Shown here: one piece after another, positions 18,334 to 28,284 of the stretch | Layout of the letters: the number at the start of each line of letters is the position of its first letter | Position numbering within the stretch: the stretch's first letter is position 1 | Origin: an uncultured virus (IMG/VR IMGVR_UViG_3300048926_000230) | Lineage: Duplodnaviria > Heunggongvirae > Uroviricota > Caudoviricetes | DNA length: 64,000 nucleotides | Strand: one strand, 5' to 3' | IMG/VR virus record: IMGVR_UViG_3300048926_000230 | Span: 1 to 64,000 of that record | Notes under the pieces: model-generated | What the model was told of the DNA's origin: nothing | Database searches by the model: none | The model's input: only the letters and a program-made list of their open reading frames with translations | Translations under genes and position numbers: made by a program

Positions 18334-19305
18334 TTATGCGTCCGCGAGTCGTCGCAGGCGGGCCGTGGCAGTGTCCCGCAGATGCTTGATCGCGTACTCG
18401 TAGTAGGTCAGCCCCGTGCCCGGGCACTGATTGATGTGGTACGACACGTGGGGGCCGGTGCCGCGCACCACGAACAGTCCGCCATTCCAGATCGCCTTGC
18501 CCGCCGCGGGTACCTCTACGCCCGGGTTGGTGACCAGTTCACGCAACTGCTCAGGGAGGGAGTCCTTGCCCGTCCAGCGGCGGAACACCGCGTTGAAGAT
18601 CGCGCGCTCCATCTCGCCGACGTTCCCGTCCGGACACGTGGTGTAGAGATCGCCCTTGGCCGCCAGGTTGATGCAGAACTCCTCGGCCGCCGTCTCGTGG
18701 TCGGGATCGATTCCCGAGCCGCCAGGATCGACTGAGCCCGCGTACGACCCCTTGGGGCGCATCGGGTTGCCGAAGCTGGCCGCGGCGACGATGAACTTCC
18801 CGGGGAACTCGCCGCGGCGAATCCGATTCCGGACGCGCCCGCCGACAATCGAGCCCTGGCTGTAGTCGACGAAGGCCACCGGACCAGGCGCCCGGGAGAC
18901 CAGGCTAGCCAGCTCGTGCACGCCGTCATTGACCGAACCGTCCATCGGCACCGCGCGGGCTGGGTAGTTGCCTACCGGCTGCCACATGTAGAGGTCCAGG
19001 ACAGCGCGGGCGATATCGGCCGGGTAACCGATGCCGAACGGGTCCGCCTGGCCAGTGCCGTGGATGGAGAACAGGGTGGGCAGGAGCCCCAACCGGTGAA
19101 GGTCCTGATCGGATACCTTCCCGGTCGGGGTCTGGCCCGTTCGGATCTGGTACTGCTTCTGAATGGCCTCCTCGTCGTAACCGAAGTAGGCATCCTGCAG
19201 CAGCGGCTTCCCGTCCAGCCCCAACGCGTAGGACTCGAAACGCCTCAGCATGGTCCGCTGCCACGCTGAGGTCATCAGCCCATTCGAGCCGAGTTGGAGG
19301 CTCAT
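18334..19305 (-). CDS. lysB: Lysin B (mycolylarabinogalactan esterase, cutinase-like)
   Basis: N-terminal PG-binding-like region, HGTGQADP, YSQG nucleophile, FGNPMR, GDLY, GPHVSY. Confidence 0.9.
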   Translation of the reverse strand: MSLQLGSNGLMTSAWQRTMLRRFESYALGLDGKPLLQDAYFGYDEEAIQKQYQIRTGQTPTGKVSDQDLHRLGLLPTLFSIHGTGQADPFGIGYPADIARAVLDLYMWQPVGNYPARAVPMDGSVNDGVHELASLVSRAPGPVAFVDYSQGSIVGGRVRNRIRRGEFPGKFIVAAASFGNPMRPKGSYAGSVDPGGSGIDPDHETAAEEFCINLAAKGDLYTTCPDGNVGEMERAIFNAVFRRWTGKDSLPEQLRELVTNPGVEVPAAGKAIWNGGLFVVRGTGPHVSYHINQCPGTGLTYYEYAIKHLRDTATARLRRLADA

Positions 19306-19751
19306 TCGGTCTCGCGACTCTTCAGGATCAGCGAGGCGACGAGGTTCTCCGCGAGGCCGGGAAGTCCCGCGGAGGTGCCGAGATGCTCCAGGCTGTCCGC
19401 AATAGCGGGCCCAACGACAGGGACCGTGCTGGCGATGGACGGGAGTACGCCAACGACGTCGATCACCTTGTCGTACTCGGCCTTTGCCGCGGCCTGGGTC
19501 TCTACGATGGCCTTGAGTCCATTGACCACGACATCACCCGGGGAGGCGCCGAGGGTGCCATCCTTGATCTGGTTGGTGACACGTCGCTCAGCGGTAGCCG
19601 GGATAACGGCGCCGAGCAACGCTGCAACGCCGGCGGCGATCACGCTCTGGTCACCGGAATTGATGCCCAGCCAGATTGTGGATGCGGCAGTGAGGATGAT
19701 GAATCCGGTGCCGCCGCGGTAGAAGTTCTTGAAGAAATTGGGTGCAGCCAT
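19302..19751 (-). CDS. Holin
   Basis: Two N-terminal TM helices, located between lysin A and lysin B. Confidence 0.65.
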   Translation of the reverse strand: MAAPNFFKNFYRGGTGFIILTAASTIWLGINSGDQSVIAAGVAALLGAVIPATAERRVTNQIKDGTLGASPGDVVVNGLKAIVETQAAAKAEYDKVIDVVGVLPSIASTVPVVGPAIADSLEHLGTSAGLPGLAENLVASLILKSRETE

Positions 19752-19753
19752 AA

Positions 19754-21235
19754 TCAGTCCTTCTTGAAAAATTCGGGGTTCTTGTTGGCGATTTCGAGGA
19801 GGACCGCCTTCGCGTGAGCGACGGTGCCGGCGTCCTTGAACTTGCCGCGGCCATCAGCGGTGCGGGCCAGGCGCATCAGTGCGTCAGCGTCGCCCAGGCG
19901 AGCGTCTGGCTCGACGATGGCGAAGCGGTGAAGCGCGGCGTCGATATTCTGAAGAAGCCGGGCGAGAGGGATTTTCGGCTCGCCGGGCGTTGCGTAGATG
20001 GAGATGGACTCCAACTCCACATCTGACATGAGAAACTCCTCAATGGGGTCGGTGAGCGTGACGATTTTGAGCAATTCGGAGCCCATAGCGAGGGCGTTGT
20101 TGTAGCGGAGGCGGCGGTTGTCGAGCCCGTTGAGGCCGCCGTTGACATAGCGGGTGGCACGTTCGAGGTCCCGGGCGTCCGAGGCCTCGTTCATGAGCCG
20201 CTGAGTCGTCCAGTACCAGGTGACGCCGATGAAGCCGTTCGCCAAGCCGCGCAACTCATCGGGGTTGTCAACGAAGAACGTCGGCGTCGGGACGAGGCCC
20301 TTGCTGAATGCCCATTGCGACAACACCGTGAAGTTGTGCCGGCCGGTCACCTGGATCGGCCCGGAGCCGCGGAAGCGGTATCCGTCGCCGGGCTGAGTGT
20401 TGCCAAGGTCGGCGCGACCCTCGTAGCCCTGCTGCGCCGCGGTCGGACCCCACAACTCGGCCATGTACTTCAGTCCGACTGATTCGTGGCCCACCTGGGC
20501 GAACCACATAGCAAGACGCGGGACCGAGAACGCCACACCGCAATCAGCGAGGCATCTCCGTACGCCAGGCAGTGACGCTCGGTAGAAGTCGAACGGCATG
20601 GAGCCGCCCATCGCCCGAAGGAGGATGTCGGCGGCCAGCGAGTCCGGGTCAACCGGCGCCGCGGGACCACCCGGGGCATCGACGTCGGCGTAGGCGTAAC
20701 CCTTGGGCGGGATCAGCGTGGCGCACTGGTCAAACGAGATCCAGTAGCCGTAGGGCCGGAAGCCGGAGTCGGCGATCCACACCGCGCGGCCAAGGCCCGG
20801 GACGTCGTCCTTGTAGCCCATCGCTGCGACGTAGTGGTAGGTGGTGCCGCCCGAGTAGGACGGTGACACGGACCCGTTCACACCGCGGGGTTTGTTCGAC
20901 GGCGGGGCAACCCAGTTCATCACCACGCCGAATCCGGCGTCGATGGAGCGAGTCAGGTTGCGCCACAGCGTTTCCTTCTGCGACCCGGTCATCGGGTCGC
21001 GCTCAACATAGACCGAGGTGTACCGAGCATCCGGAACCCGAAGGTCCAAGATGCGCTCAATCAGGCCGACGTAGTCGGTACCGTTGACGGTCGTTCCGAT
21101 CTCGCGGGCCAGAGTGGACTCTGCGACGATCAGGCCGCGGGAGTTGAGGACAACCTGCGTTGCCGCAGGCCCGCACCAGTACCCCGTTTCCTGGGGAACG
21201 ATGGAGCGGTCGTATGGCAAGACCTTCTCGGTCAT
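19754..21235 (-). CDS. lysA: Lysin A (C39-like peptidase + GH19 domain + C-terminal binding domain)
   Basis: PQETGYWCGPAA...HYVAAMGY; AQVGHESVGL...GDGYRFRGSGPIQVTGRHNF...VNGGLNGL. Confidence 0.92.
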   Translation of the reverse strand: MTEKVLPYDRSIVPQETGYWCGPAATQVVLNSRGLIVAESTLAREIGTTVNGTDYVGLIERILDLRVPDARYTSVYVERDPMTGSQKETLWRNLTRSIDAGFGVVMNWVAPPSNKPRGVNGSVSPSYSGGTTYHYVAAMGYKDDVPGLGRAVWIADSGFRPYGYWISFDQCATLIPPKGYAYADVDAPGGPAAPVDPDSLAADILLRAMGGSMPFDFYRASLPGVRRCLADCGVAFSVPRLAMWFAQVGHESVGLKYMAELWGPTAAQQGYEGRADLGNTQPGDGYRFRGSGPIQVTGRHNFTVLSQWAFSKGLVPTPTFFVDNPDELRGLANGFIGVTWYWTTQRLMNEASDARDLERATRYVNGGLNGLDNRRLRYNNALAMGSELLKIVTLTDPIEEFLMSDVELESISIYATPGEPKIPLARLLQNIDAALHRFAIVEPDARLGDADALMRLARTADGRGKFKDAGTVAHAKAVLLEIANKNPEFFKKD

Positions 21236-21250
21236 GACCCTCCTATGAAG

Positions 21251-22708
21251 TTAAGCGAGTCCGTGCGCCCTGACGGTCGGGATCGGAATCTCGGCCATGG
21301 CGTCGGCAATCTTGTTGGCGTAGTAGCGGCTACCTTCTCGTCGGGTGTGGATGCCGTCGGTCTTTGAAACCAGTTGCGCTTGTGGGGAATTGGTGGGTAC
21401 GCCGAAGCTGCCATTCTTTGGATCAGGGCCGGGCCCGGTCCACCACGGATTTGCCGGTCCAAAGGGGTTGATATAGTGCGTGTTCGGCACTTCGGCCGCG
21501 GCGCGCATCTGGCCCTGGCGATGAATGTCCTGCTTGTCCCCCGGGGTGGGGGGGCCGATATTGGAGCCGAACAGCGTGTCGTTGAACGGCTCCGGTCCGA
21601 CGTGCACAAAGGTGCAGTTCGGATCGACCGACTGGACCCACTGGTAGCAGACCTTGGCCCGGTCGTACATCTGAGCCTCGGTGACACCACCAGACGAGGC
21701 GTCGTTCCAGGTGCCATTGAGCAGGTAAACCAGCGGTCGCCGGCCCACGGGCTGACCGAAGTCTTCCCCGGGGTAGTTGATGAACGAGTTTCCGAACTCG
21801 GCTTTGCCTGCCGCGTTGGTCATCCACTCTCGGCGACTTGCCGAGAGGTATCGCGACGGCCCCTTGATTACGACGGACTGGCCGATGATCGACCCGGTGT
21901 CGCGGCCGATGGTGTCGTCGAAGACCTGGCCGGTGCCGTTACAGAAGAACCCGGTGGCGCCCTGACCCCTTCGCGCCCAGCAGAAACCGGTGAGTTCGAA
22001 GAGGAAATCGATGATGCCGTTGGTGAACCACTGCGTAGTCGAGTCGGCAGTCAACGCCTGCGATGACTCAAAATACGAATCACCATCGGCGATCCCGAAG
22101 TAGCGCGGCGGAGACGGCGCGACGATGGCAGACCCGTCGGTACGGATACCGATGAGCCCGCACGTGCCCATCACGACTCGAATACGCCCGTGGTAGGGCT
22201 GCTCGAAGACGATGTTGCGGTAGCTCTTTCCGCCGTCGTTGCGCAGTGAAGTCTTGGGAAGCTCGGCGGCCTTCCACATGTGGCCGCCCCACTCGATGTA
22301 CACCTGGAGATCGCCGCCATAGTTCTTTGGGCCGCCGAAGAATCCGCTGGTGCCATCTCCGCCGCGGTTCATGAACTCGACGGAGAACTGCGTACCGGTG
22401 AAGATGAACTCGAACTCAAGGATGTGACCGAAGTGCCAATCCTTCATGCCCACCGACGTGACGGTGATCGTCCGCGGCGTGCCCGCGTTCTTGCCACCGC
22501 CGTAGGCTCCGCCAATTAAGGCCGGCCTGTTGTCGGGCTCCCACTTCTGCCCCTGTGCGGTGAACTTGAAGTTGGCGTCGTCCCATCGATAGGTGACGCC
22601 CGAAGTGAGCGAGAGCACCGAGTTGGCGATCACGTCGCTGGCCAGGACGCCGCTCGGGATGACGCCCATGACGGGGCTGTACAGGCTACCGAGGCGCGTG
22701 GTCGTCAT
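21251..22708 (-). CDS. Virion-associated SGNH/GDSL esterase
   Basis: GDSY block I, GATG block II, GTWND block III, DGIH block V. Confidence 0.75.
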   Translation of the reverse strand: MTTTRLGSLYSPVMGVIPSGVLASDVIANSVLSLTSGVTYRWDDANFKFTAQGQKWEPDNRPALIGGAYGGGKNAGTPRTITVTSVGMKDWHFGHILEFEFIFTGTQFSVEFMNRGGDGTSGFFGGPKNYGGDLQVYIEWGGHMWKAAELPKTSLRNDGGKSYRNIVFEQPYHGRIRVVMGTCGLIGIRTDGSAIVAPSPPRYFGIADGDSYFESSQALTADSTTQWFTNGIIDFLFELTGFCWARRGQGATGFFCNGTGQVFDDTIGRDTGSIIGQSVVIKGPSRYLSASRREWMTNAAGKAEFGNSFINYPGEDFGQPVGRRPLVYLLNGTWNDASSGGVTEAQMYDRAKVCYQWVQSVDPNCTFVHVGPEPFNDTLFGSNIGPPTPGDKQDIHRQGQMRAAAEVPNTHYINPFGPANPWWTGPGPDPKNGSFGVPTNSPQAQLVSKTDGIHTRREGSRYYANKIADAMAEIPIPTVRAHGLA

Positions 22709-23973
22709 GCTTGCCGCCTTGCCCGCGGCTCATAGACCAGCATCTGAGCCAGTTCGGTCGCGATCTTGCCGGCGTAGAAATTGAAGCCATGCGCCGTGGG
22801 ATTGACGCCGTCGGCGCCGATGAGTCCCGCCTGCTGCGAGGTGGTGGGCGAGCCGTTGCTCCCCGCTCCGGTGAACCATGGAGCAGTTGGGCCGAACGCG
22901 TTGACATACTGCGCCCGAGGCACGTTGGCGATGGCAGCCTGCTGCTCTAGGCGGTTGTAGTCATGCGGACTGCCAGCGGTCGGCGGGCCGGTCACGGTGC
23001 CCGCGGCTCCCGCTCCAGTGAAGGGCGGCATAGAGACGTGCACGATGCTGCAGAACGAATCTTGTCCGCGAACCCACTGGTAACACTCCAGAGCGCGGGT
23101 CGCCATCGGACCGTTCCCGGCGCCGGTAGCGCCCGACCTGCCGCCGTCGGCATAGGCGCCAACGAGTAGGTAGAACAACGGCTTTGCGGCTAGTTGCGCC
23201 CCCAGGAGGGTCTTGCGCGCCGCCGAGAACCACCGAGTTGAAGCGTTGGCCGCGGCGGTGTCATCAGTTACCGTCGCAGTTCCGTTGCAGAAGAATCCAG
23301 TGTCGACTTGCGCTTGGCGGGTCCACGTCATTCCAGTGCGCTCAAACAGGAAATCGCACAGCCCTGCGGTCAGGTACGACGTGCCAGAGGCCTGCTTGAA
23401 TCCGGTTCCGTCAGCCCATCCCCCACCGTCGCAGACGCCAAGCAACCGGTCCGGCGCGGGCTTGATGATGGCCGACTCTTCACAACGAATCCCCGTCAGC
23501 TTGCCGCCGCCGAGGTGTACGCGGATGCGTCCGTGGTACTGGCTTGCGAACGTGAGTCGACGGTTCATCGCCCCGGTGGTCGTTCCCGCCAGGGGCTCCG
23601 AGCGCACCTTGTACATCCGGCCGCCGTACTCGACGTAGACCTGACTGTCGTAGTACGACGACCCGACGAAGGCGATATCCAAAGCCAGCCCGGTGAAGAG
23701 GAACTCGAATTCCAGAACGTGCCCGACCGGTACGCCGGCGATGGCGCGATCAGTCGGGGTGTTCATCACGCCCTCGCTGTTGTAGTTCACCCAGCGCTGG
23801 CCCTGGATATTGAACGCCGCCGCGCCGAGGTCGGCGCTGACCACCCGCGAGTTAGTGAACGTCTGCGCCGTGGCGTTGTACGCGTCGGTGGCGAGAATCC
23901 CAGCGGGCAGGACGCCGGCGACGGGCCGAAAGAACAACCCCGCCTTGGCCTTATTGGTGATTGTGATTCCCAT
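22705..23973 (-). CDS. SGNH-fold paralog of 21251-22708 with catalytic residues replaced
   Basis: Shared blocks GHVLEFEFLFTG, YHGRIRV, DFLFE.TG..W.R...TGFFCNGT; motifs read DGGGW, GAYAD, DGVN. Confidence 0.7.
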   Translation of the reverse strand: MGITITNKAKAGLFFRPVAGVLPAGILATDAYNATAQTFTNSRVVSADLGAAAFNIQGQRWVNYNSEGVMNTPTDRAIAGVPVGHVLEFEFLFTGLALDIAFVGSSYYDSQVYVEYGGRMYKVRSEPLAGTTTGAMNRRLTFASQYHGRIRVHLGGGKLTGIRCEESAIIKPAPDRLLGVCDGGGWADGTGFKQASGTSYLTAGLCDFLFERTGMTWTRQAQVDTGFFCNGTATVTDDTAAANASTRWFSAARKTLLGAQLAAKPLFYLLVGAYADGGRSGATGAGNGPMATRALECYQWVRGQDSFCSIVHVSMPPFTGAGAAGTVTGPPTAGSPHDYNRLEQQAAIANVPRAQYVNAFGPTAPWFTGAGSNGSPTTSQQAGLIGADGVNPTAHGFNFYAGKIATELAQMLVYEPRARRQA

Positions 23974-26000
23974 TAGGCCCCCGTGATCATCAAGTTGTAG
24001 GTGTAGACGGTCATGGGCTCCAGTTCGCCGGCCACGGACAGCGTCAGTACCGAGGACGTCGCCGAGACGAACGGGAAGGTGGCCGCTGAAATGGCATCGG
24101 CACCGGTGCAGACGGGAATCGGCGCACCGGCATAGCCACTCAGGGCGAAGGTCGCCAAGGTTCCACCCGCCGCCGGAGAGGCCCCAGTGGTGATGGTCAC
24201 CCTCATGGCGAGTCGAGTTCCGCTGCGGGACAGGCTCGCGCCCGTGCCAGCGTCGGCATGAATCGTGCCCACGGGAACTCCGCCAGTCTTAAGCTCGGCA
24301 GGGACGCCGTAGAGCGCGTCCAACTCTCCGCGGGTGTCCGAAGCGGGATTCTCGATCAAGTCGACCAGGGCGGATTCATCGAGGCCGCCGCCCCCGCCAC
24401 CACCACCGGCAGGCGTTGCCGCAGAGAGCGTTCCGTCGGCGGCGTATGCCAGGAACTTGCCCGATCCGCCAGTTCCAGCGACGTTCAGCTTTTTGCCATG
24501 GATCTCACCGTCGACGATCTTGCCGTTGGTGATGTAGTTGTCGGCCACGCCGCGAGAGGTTCGGCCGGAGGTGAGTAGGTCGTACGCCGGCTGATGAGGG
24601 TTGAAGTCCACATCCACCAGGCCGAAGGTGTGCTCACTGACCCCGGTGTCGCCAGTGTCACGCCAGTTGTAGGCGATGAAGCACCCGATCCAGTCGTGGC
24701 GGGTCAGGAGGTCGATCTGGGCAGCGAGGATCTGCCCTCGTGTTGAAGGGTTAGGGACGGCGTAACGGCTGACGCCAAACTCCGTGACCCACACCTGCTT
24801 TGCGACGTCGCCGTTCGCGACCATCGTGGTGCGGCAGGCCATCAGCTCCTTGTAGTAGAGCTGCTCAACAGTGGGCATCTCATAGGCCGAGAAATCGGCC
24901 GTGATGGAGTACCAGTTGAACGAGGCCGTGTCGAAGTAGTCCTTGGCGCCGTAGTTGTACATCTGGGCCAAGAAGGTTGACGGCGAAATGTCGGTCGTGG
25001 AGTACGTCGACGTCGACATCAATGCGGCAGCGAGGATGTGAGCTTCCGGGTCCACCGAGCGGATTGCGTTCGACGCTGCGATCAGCATGCTCGTGTAGCC
25101 GGCGGCGCCGAAGGCAACCGAACCGAAGTATGGACCGGTACCGTGGTTCGGCTCATTCCACACCTGGTAGTTACGCAACTGGCCGGTGCCGTTTGATCCG
25201 TAGCGCAAAGCAATTGAAGAAAAGACGTTTGCGAAGTCGGTCAGCGTTGGCGTCGAGTAACTGGGGATGGGATTGCCGACCAGCGTGAGAATCGGCTCAA
25301 CGCCGTGCTCTTCACATAGGTCGAGGATGCGGTCTAGGCCGCTCCAGTCGTAGACGCCTCGGGTGGTCGGTTCGATCTCGCCCCACCAGGCGGCGAAGCG
25401 CAGGCGAGTTCCGCCAACGGCCTTGATACCCTTGACGATATTCTCGATATCGTCGGTGTCGAAGCCTTCCCAGTACATCGATCCGGCTTCGGACTGGCAG
25501 AAGCCGAGGCGATTGTCGGCCGTGCCTAGGGGCAGCCAGACGTCACCGCGCGGCAGATAGACCGATTGCGCCCATTCGTCGACTTCGAGATCTGCCGCCG
25601 CCGGATAGCGCACTCCGGCGCCAATTGCGTCGCGCGCCTGCTCCTGAGTGGCGCCCGCGGCGATGACCGCGGGCTTACCGACGATGCTGTTCCACACGCC
25701 GCCGTCAGAGACGCTCAGCGGGCCGTAATCGCCGTTGATGTAGCGGTAGAGGACACCCGTTTCAAGATCTAAGAAGACGTGCTGATCGTCACCCTCGGGC
25801 GGGAAGAGCACCTTGGCGTCGTAGGCGAGGATGTCGACCCTGGGGTAGTACAGCGGGCTTTCGCGGTCGAGGGCGACCATGCCCCGGACTTCGTCATGCT
25901 GCGAGGGGGTGAGCGAAACTCGGACGCCCGCCTTTGTGATGTGCTCGGTGCGGTCGCCATCGGTGTAGGTGATCGGACCGAGCGTGCGGTACCAGGTCAA
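23973..26000 (-). CDS. Minor tail/appendage protein with clan-A glycoside hydrolase domain (GH5/GH39-like)
   Basis: WGEIEPT...YDWSGLD, VWNEPN (acid/base), VWVTEFG (nucleophile), FGLVD. Confidence 0.8.
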   Translation of the reverse strand: MTWYRTLGPITYTDGDRTEHITKAGVRVSLTPSQHDEVRGMVALDRESPLYYPRVDILAYDAKVLFPPEGDDQHVFLDLETGVLYRYINGDYGPLSVSDGGVWNSIVGKPAVIAAGATQEQARDAIGAGVRYPAAADLEVDEWAQSVYLPRGDVWLPLGTADNRLGFCQSEAGSMYWEGFDTDDIENIVKGIKAVGGTRLRFAAWWGEIEPTTRGVYDWSGLDRILDLCEEHGVEPILTLVGNPIPSYSTPTLTDFANVFSSIALRYGSNGTGQLRNYQVWNEPNHGTGPYFGSVAFGAAGYTSMLIAASNAIRSVDPEAHILAAALMSTSTYSTTDISPSTFLAQMYNYGAKDYFDTASFNWYSITADFSAYEMPTVEQLYYKELMACRTTMVANGDVAKQVWVTEFGVSRYAVPNPSTRGQILAAQIDLLTRHDWIGCFIAYNWRDTGDTGVSEHTFGLVDVDFNPHQPAYDLLTSGRTSRGVADNYITNGKIVDGEIHGKKLNVAGTGGSGKFLAYAADGTLSAATPAGGGGGGGGLDESALVDLIENPASDTRGELDALYGVPAELKTGGVPVGTIHADAGTGASLSRSGTRLAMRVTITTGASPAAGGTLATFALSGYAGAPIPVCTGADAISAATFPFVSATSSVLTLSVAGELEPMTVYTYNLMITGA

Positions 26001-26030
26001 GGGTTCTCCTCTATGTCAAATGGCGAATCG

Positions 26031-26684
26031 TCAAGCGGCAGTCGCTGATAGAGCGGCCACGCCGCGGGACGCGAGTTGACCGCTTGCGTACTGATGCCGG
26101 AATATCGGGGCGACTCGCGGGCCGGGCAGGTCGATGGCATGGCCACTGTCGGCCCACGTGAGCGCAGCGATGTCGGCACCGCCGTTCTTCTTCACCGTCC
26201 ACGTCCAGACGCCAGCCGAAAGCGTTCCTGTCAGGGTTACGGTGTCGCCGGGTACGCCGACCTGGGTGCTCACAGTCCGGTTAGTCACGGTTCCGGACGC
26301 AAACGAATGCACCCGGCAGTTGCCGCTAGCGCTGGGGATGAACAGATACACACCCTTGGTGCCGTCGGCCGAGAAGACTCCGCCGCCATTGCCGCGGACG
26401 TTTGAGGAAACCCCGAGCGAGCCGATGGTCACCGTCACACTGATGGTGGTCGTTACGGCCATGACGTCAGGCAGGACCAGCGCGCTGTCGTAACCTCCAC
26501 TGCCAGTTGACGAGTTGCCCTCTTGTAGCGTCGTGCCGCTGACAATGACGGCCCCCGCCCCGGGGGTCATGGCCACGTCCAGCGACCCCGCCGGAATGGA
26601 CGCGAATGATGGATAATTCAGCGTCGTCAATCCGCCCGGTGCCGCGACCGCATGCGTGAGGGTCGAATTCCTAGCGGCGAACAT
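26031..26684 (-). CDS. Minor tail protein, possible fibre-tip adhesin
   Basis: Beta-rich; start overlaps the stop of the fibre gene. Confidence 0.55.
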   Translation of the reverse strand: MFAARNSTLTHAVAAPGGLTTLNYPSFASIPAGSLDVAMTPGAGAVIVSGTTLQEGNSSTGSGGYDSALVLPDVMAVTTTISVTVTIGSLGVSSNVRGNGGGVFSADGTKGVYLFIPSASGNCRVHSFASGTVTNRTVSTQVGVPGDTVTLTGTLSAGVWTWTVKKNGGADIAALTWADSGHAIDLPGPRVAPIFRHQYASGQLASRGVAALSATAA

Positions 26685-27889
26685 CAGGGCGTGAAATTCT
26701 GGACGACATTGCCGTACCAGTTGGTACCGTCAGCGACGAACGACCACAGGTCCAGCCGACCCGCGGTCGTCGTGGCGGCGGGGGCGGAGCCGCCGGGCCA
26801 CTTGACGCCAGTGAAGGTGACAGTGAATCCACCAGCACCCGTATTGATGGGCGCCAGAAAGGATTTGCCGGCAGTGGGCGTGGGCATCGTGATTGTGCAG
26901 TTGGCCGTCAGCGTTCCGGTCTGCACCGTGCCTGTGGACAGGTCGAATGTCTTGGTCGCGCCCAATGAGCCGCCGACCGAGACAGTCTCGGTGTAGTTCG
27001 TGAGAGTCGCGTTGGTGATGGTGGGCGCACTAGCCCGGACGATGCTGCCCGTCCCAGTGGCCGCCGCGGCGGCGATTCGGGCGTCCGCATCGGAGTTGGT
27101 GTACGCCGTAGCGCCAGAGGCGATGCCGGCGAGCTTCGTTTTCTCTGTCGCCGTGTATGCCTTGTTGGTGGTGCCATCGGTGATGGTGTCCGCCGACTGC
27201 GTTCCGGTGTGGTTGGCGCGTGCCTTGAGGTTTGCATCGGTGTCGTTTGCCGTTGCTCCGGTGGCGATTCCATTCAGCTTCGTCTGATTGGCGGCGGTGA
27301 AGACCTTGTTGGTCGTGCCGTCGACGACGGTGTCGGCGCTCTGCGTGCCGGTGTGGTTGGCCCGCGCGCGGTCGGCTGCGTGGTAGTGCAGCGTCGAATC
27401 CCCGCCGTCGGTCAAGTCCGTGGCATCCCCGTTGGAGATGTTGTTGACCTGCGCCCCACTGGCGACGCCGTCGATCTTGGTCAGTTGTGCTGCGGTGGCG
27501 AACTTGTGGTTGGTGGAGCCGTCGGTGATGTCATCGGCATCGAGGACGACGTTCGGGCCGAACTTCCCATTGACGGAGTCCACCGAGCCGCCGCCCCCAA
27601 TGACGAGCGCGATATAATCGCCGTCCAGCCATCGGTAGATCTGGCCGGTCTCGAAGTCGAGGTAGAGGTACTGCTCGTACCCCATATCCGGAAAGAAGGC
27701 GAACGCGTCGTAGTACAAAACCGTCGCGCGGGGGAGGTCCAAGTCGCCCGTATGGTCAATGGCGACAAGGCCTTCCAGCCCCTGGGCCTGCGCGGGGCTA
27801 AGGTCCACCTTGACGCCGGCCCGGTCGATAGTCCGGATCACATTGTCCTGGACGTATGTGATCGGACCGAGCGTGCGGTAGATAGCCAA
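26684..27889 (-). CDS. Tail fibre-like protein with internal 48-aa repeats
   Basis: VDSVNGK, repeated ARANHTGTQSADT..DGTTNK, C-terminal VKWPGGSAP...DGTNWYG. Confidence 0.7.
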   Translation of the reverse strand: MAIYRTLGPITYVQDNVIRTIDRAGVKVDLSPAQAQGLEGLVAIDHTGDLDLPRATVLYYDAFAFFPDMGYEQYLYLDFETGQIYRWLDGDYIALVIGGGGSVDSVNGKFGPNVVLDADDITDGSTNHKFATAAQLTKIDGVASGAQVNNISNGDATDLTDGGDSTLHYHAADRARANHTGTQSADTVVDGTTNKVFTAANQTKLNGIATGATANDTDANLKARANHTGTQSADTITDGTTNKAYTATEKTKLAGIASGATAYTNSDADARIAAAAATGTGSIVRASAPTITNATLTNYTETVSVGGSLGATKTFDLSTGTVQTGTLTANCTITMPTPTAGKSFLAPINTGAGGFTVTFTGVKWPGGSAPAATTTAGRLDLWSFVADGTNWYGNVVQNFTP

Positions 27890-27909
27890 TGTGACTCCTT
27901 AAGGGCTGG

Positions 27910-28284
27910 TCAGCGCACGATCCGACTGATGGGCACCGAGGTATCTGGGCTGGTCTGGGGGATGATCTCTTCGGGTTCCGGCTCTTCGACCTCGTCGACC
28001 GTCGGGAAGTCGACCTCCACCGCGGGTGCGTATCGAGCGATGAACTCCTGAGGGGAAAGGACTTTGAGCCCGCCGTCGTCGACGATCCACTGGCCGACCG
28101 TGGCGTTCACCGTCTGCTTGCCGCTGGCGGACAGGCGCAGGGACCAGGTCCCTCCCTCGCGCGTTACCGCGCCCTCCCAGCCGTCGGCCTCCAATTCGGT
28201 GAGGGCTTCAAACAGGTCGGACGGACCACGCAGGGGCCAGCTCGCGATATCTTCGACTGCGAGTCGAGTTACGGGAGTAGGCAT
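27910..28284 (-). CDS. Tail-region hypothetical protein
   Basis: Coupled to 28284-28721. Confidence 0.6.
   Translation of the reverse strand: MPTPVTRLAVEDIASWPLRGPSDLFEALTELEADGWEGAVTREGGTWSLRLSASGKQTVNATVGQWIVDDGGLKVLSPQEFIARYAPAVEVDFPTVDEVEEPEPEEIIPQTSPDTSVPISRIVR

Noticed and set aside
18840..18880. Lysin B nucleophile motif reads DYSQG rather than GYSQG
   Set aside because: Ser, Asp and His motifs are all present, so there is no basis for calling it inactive.
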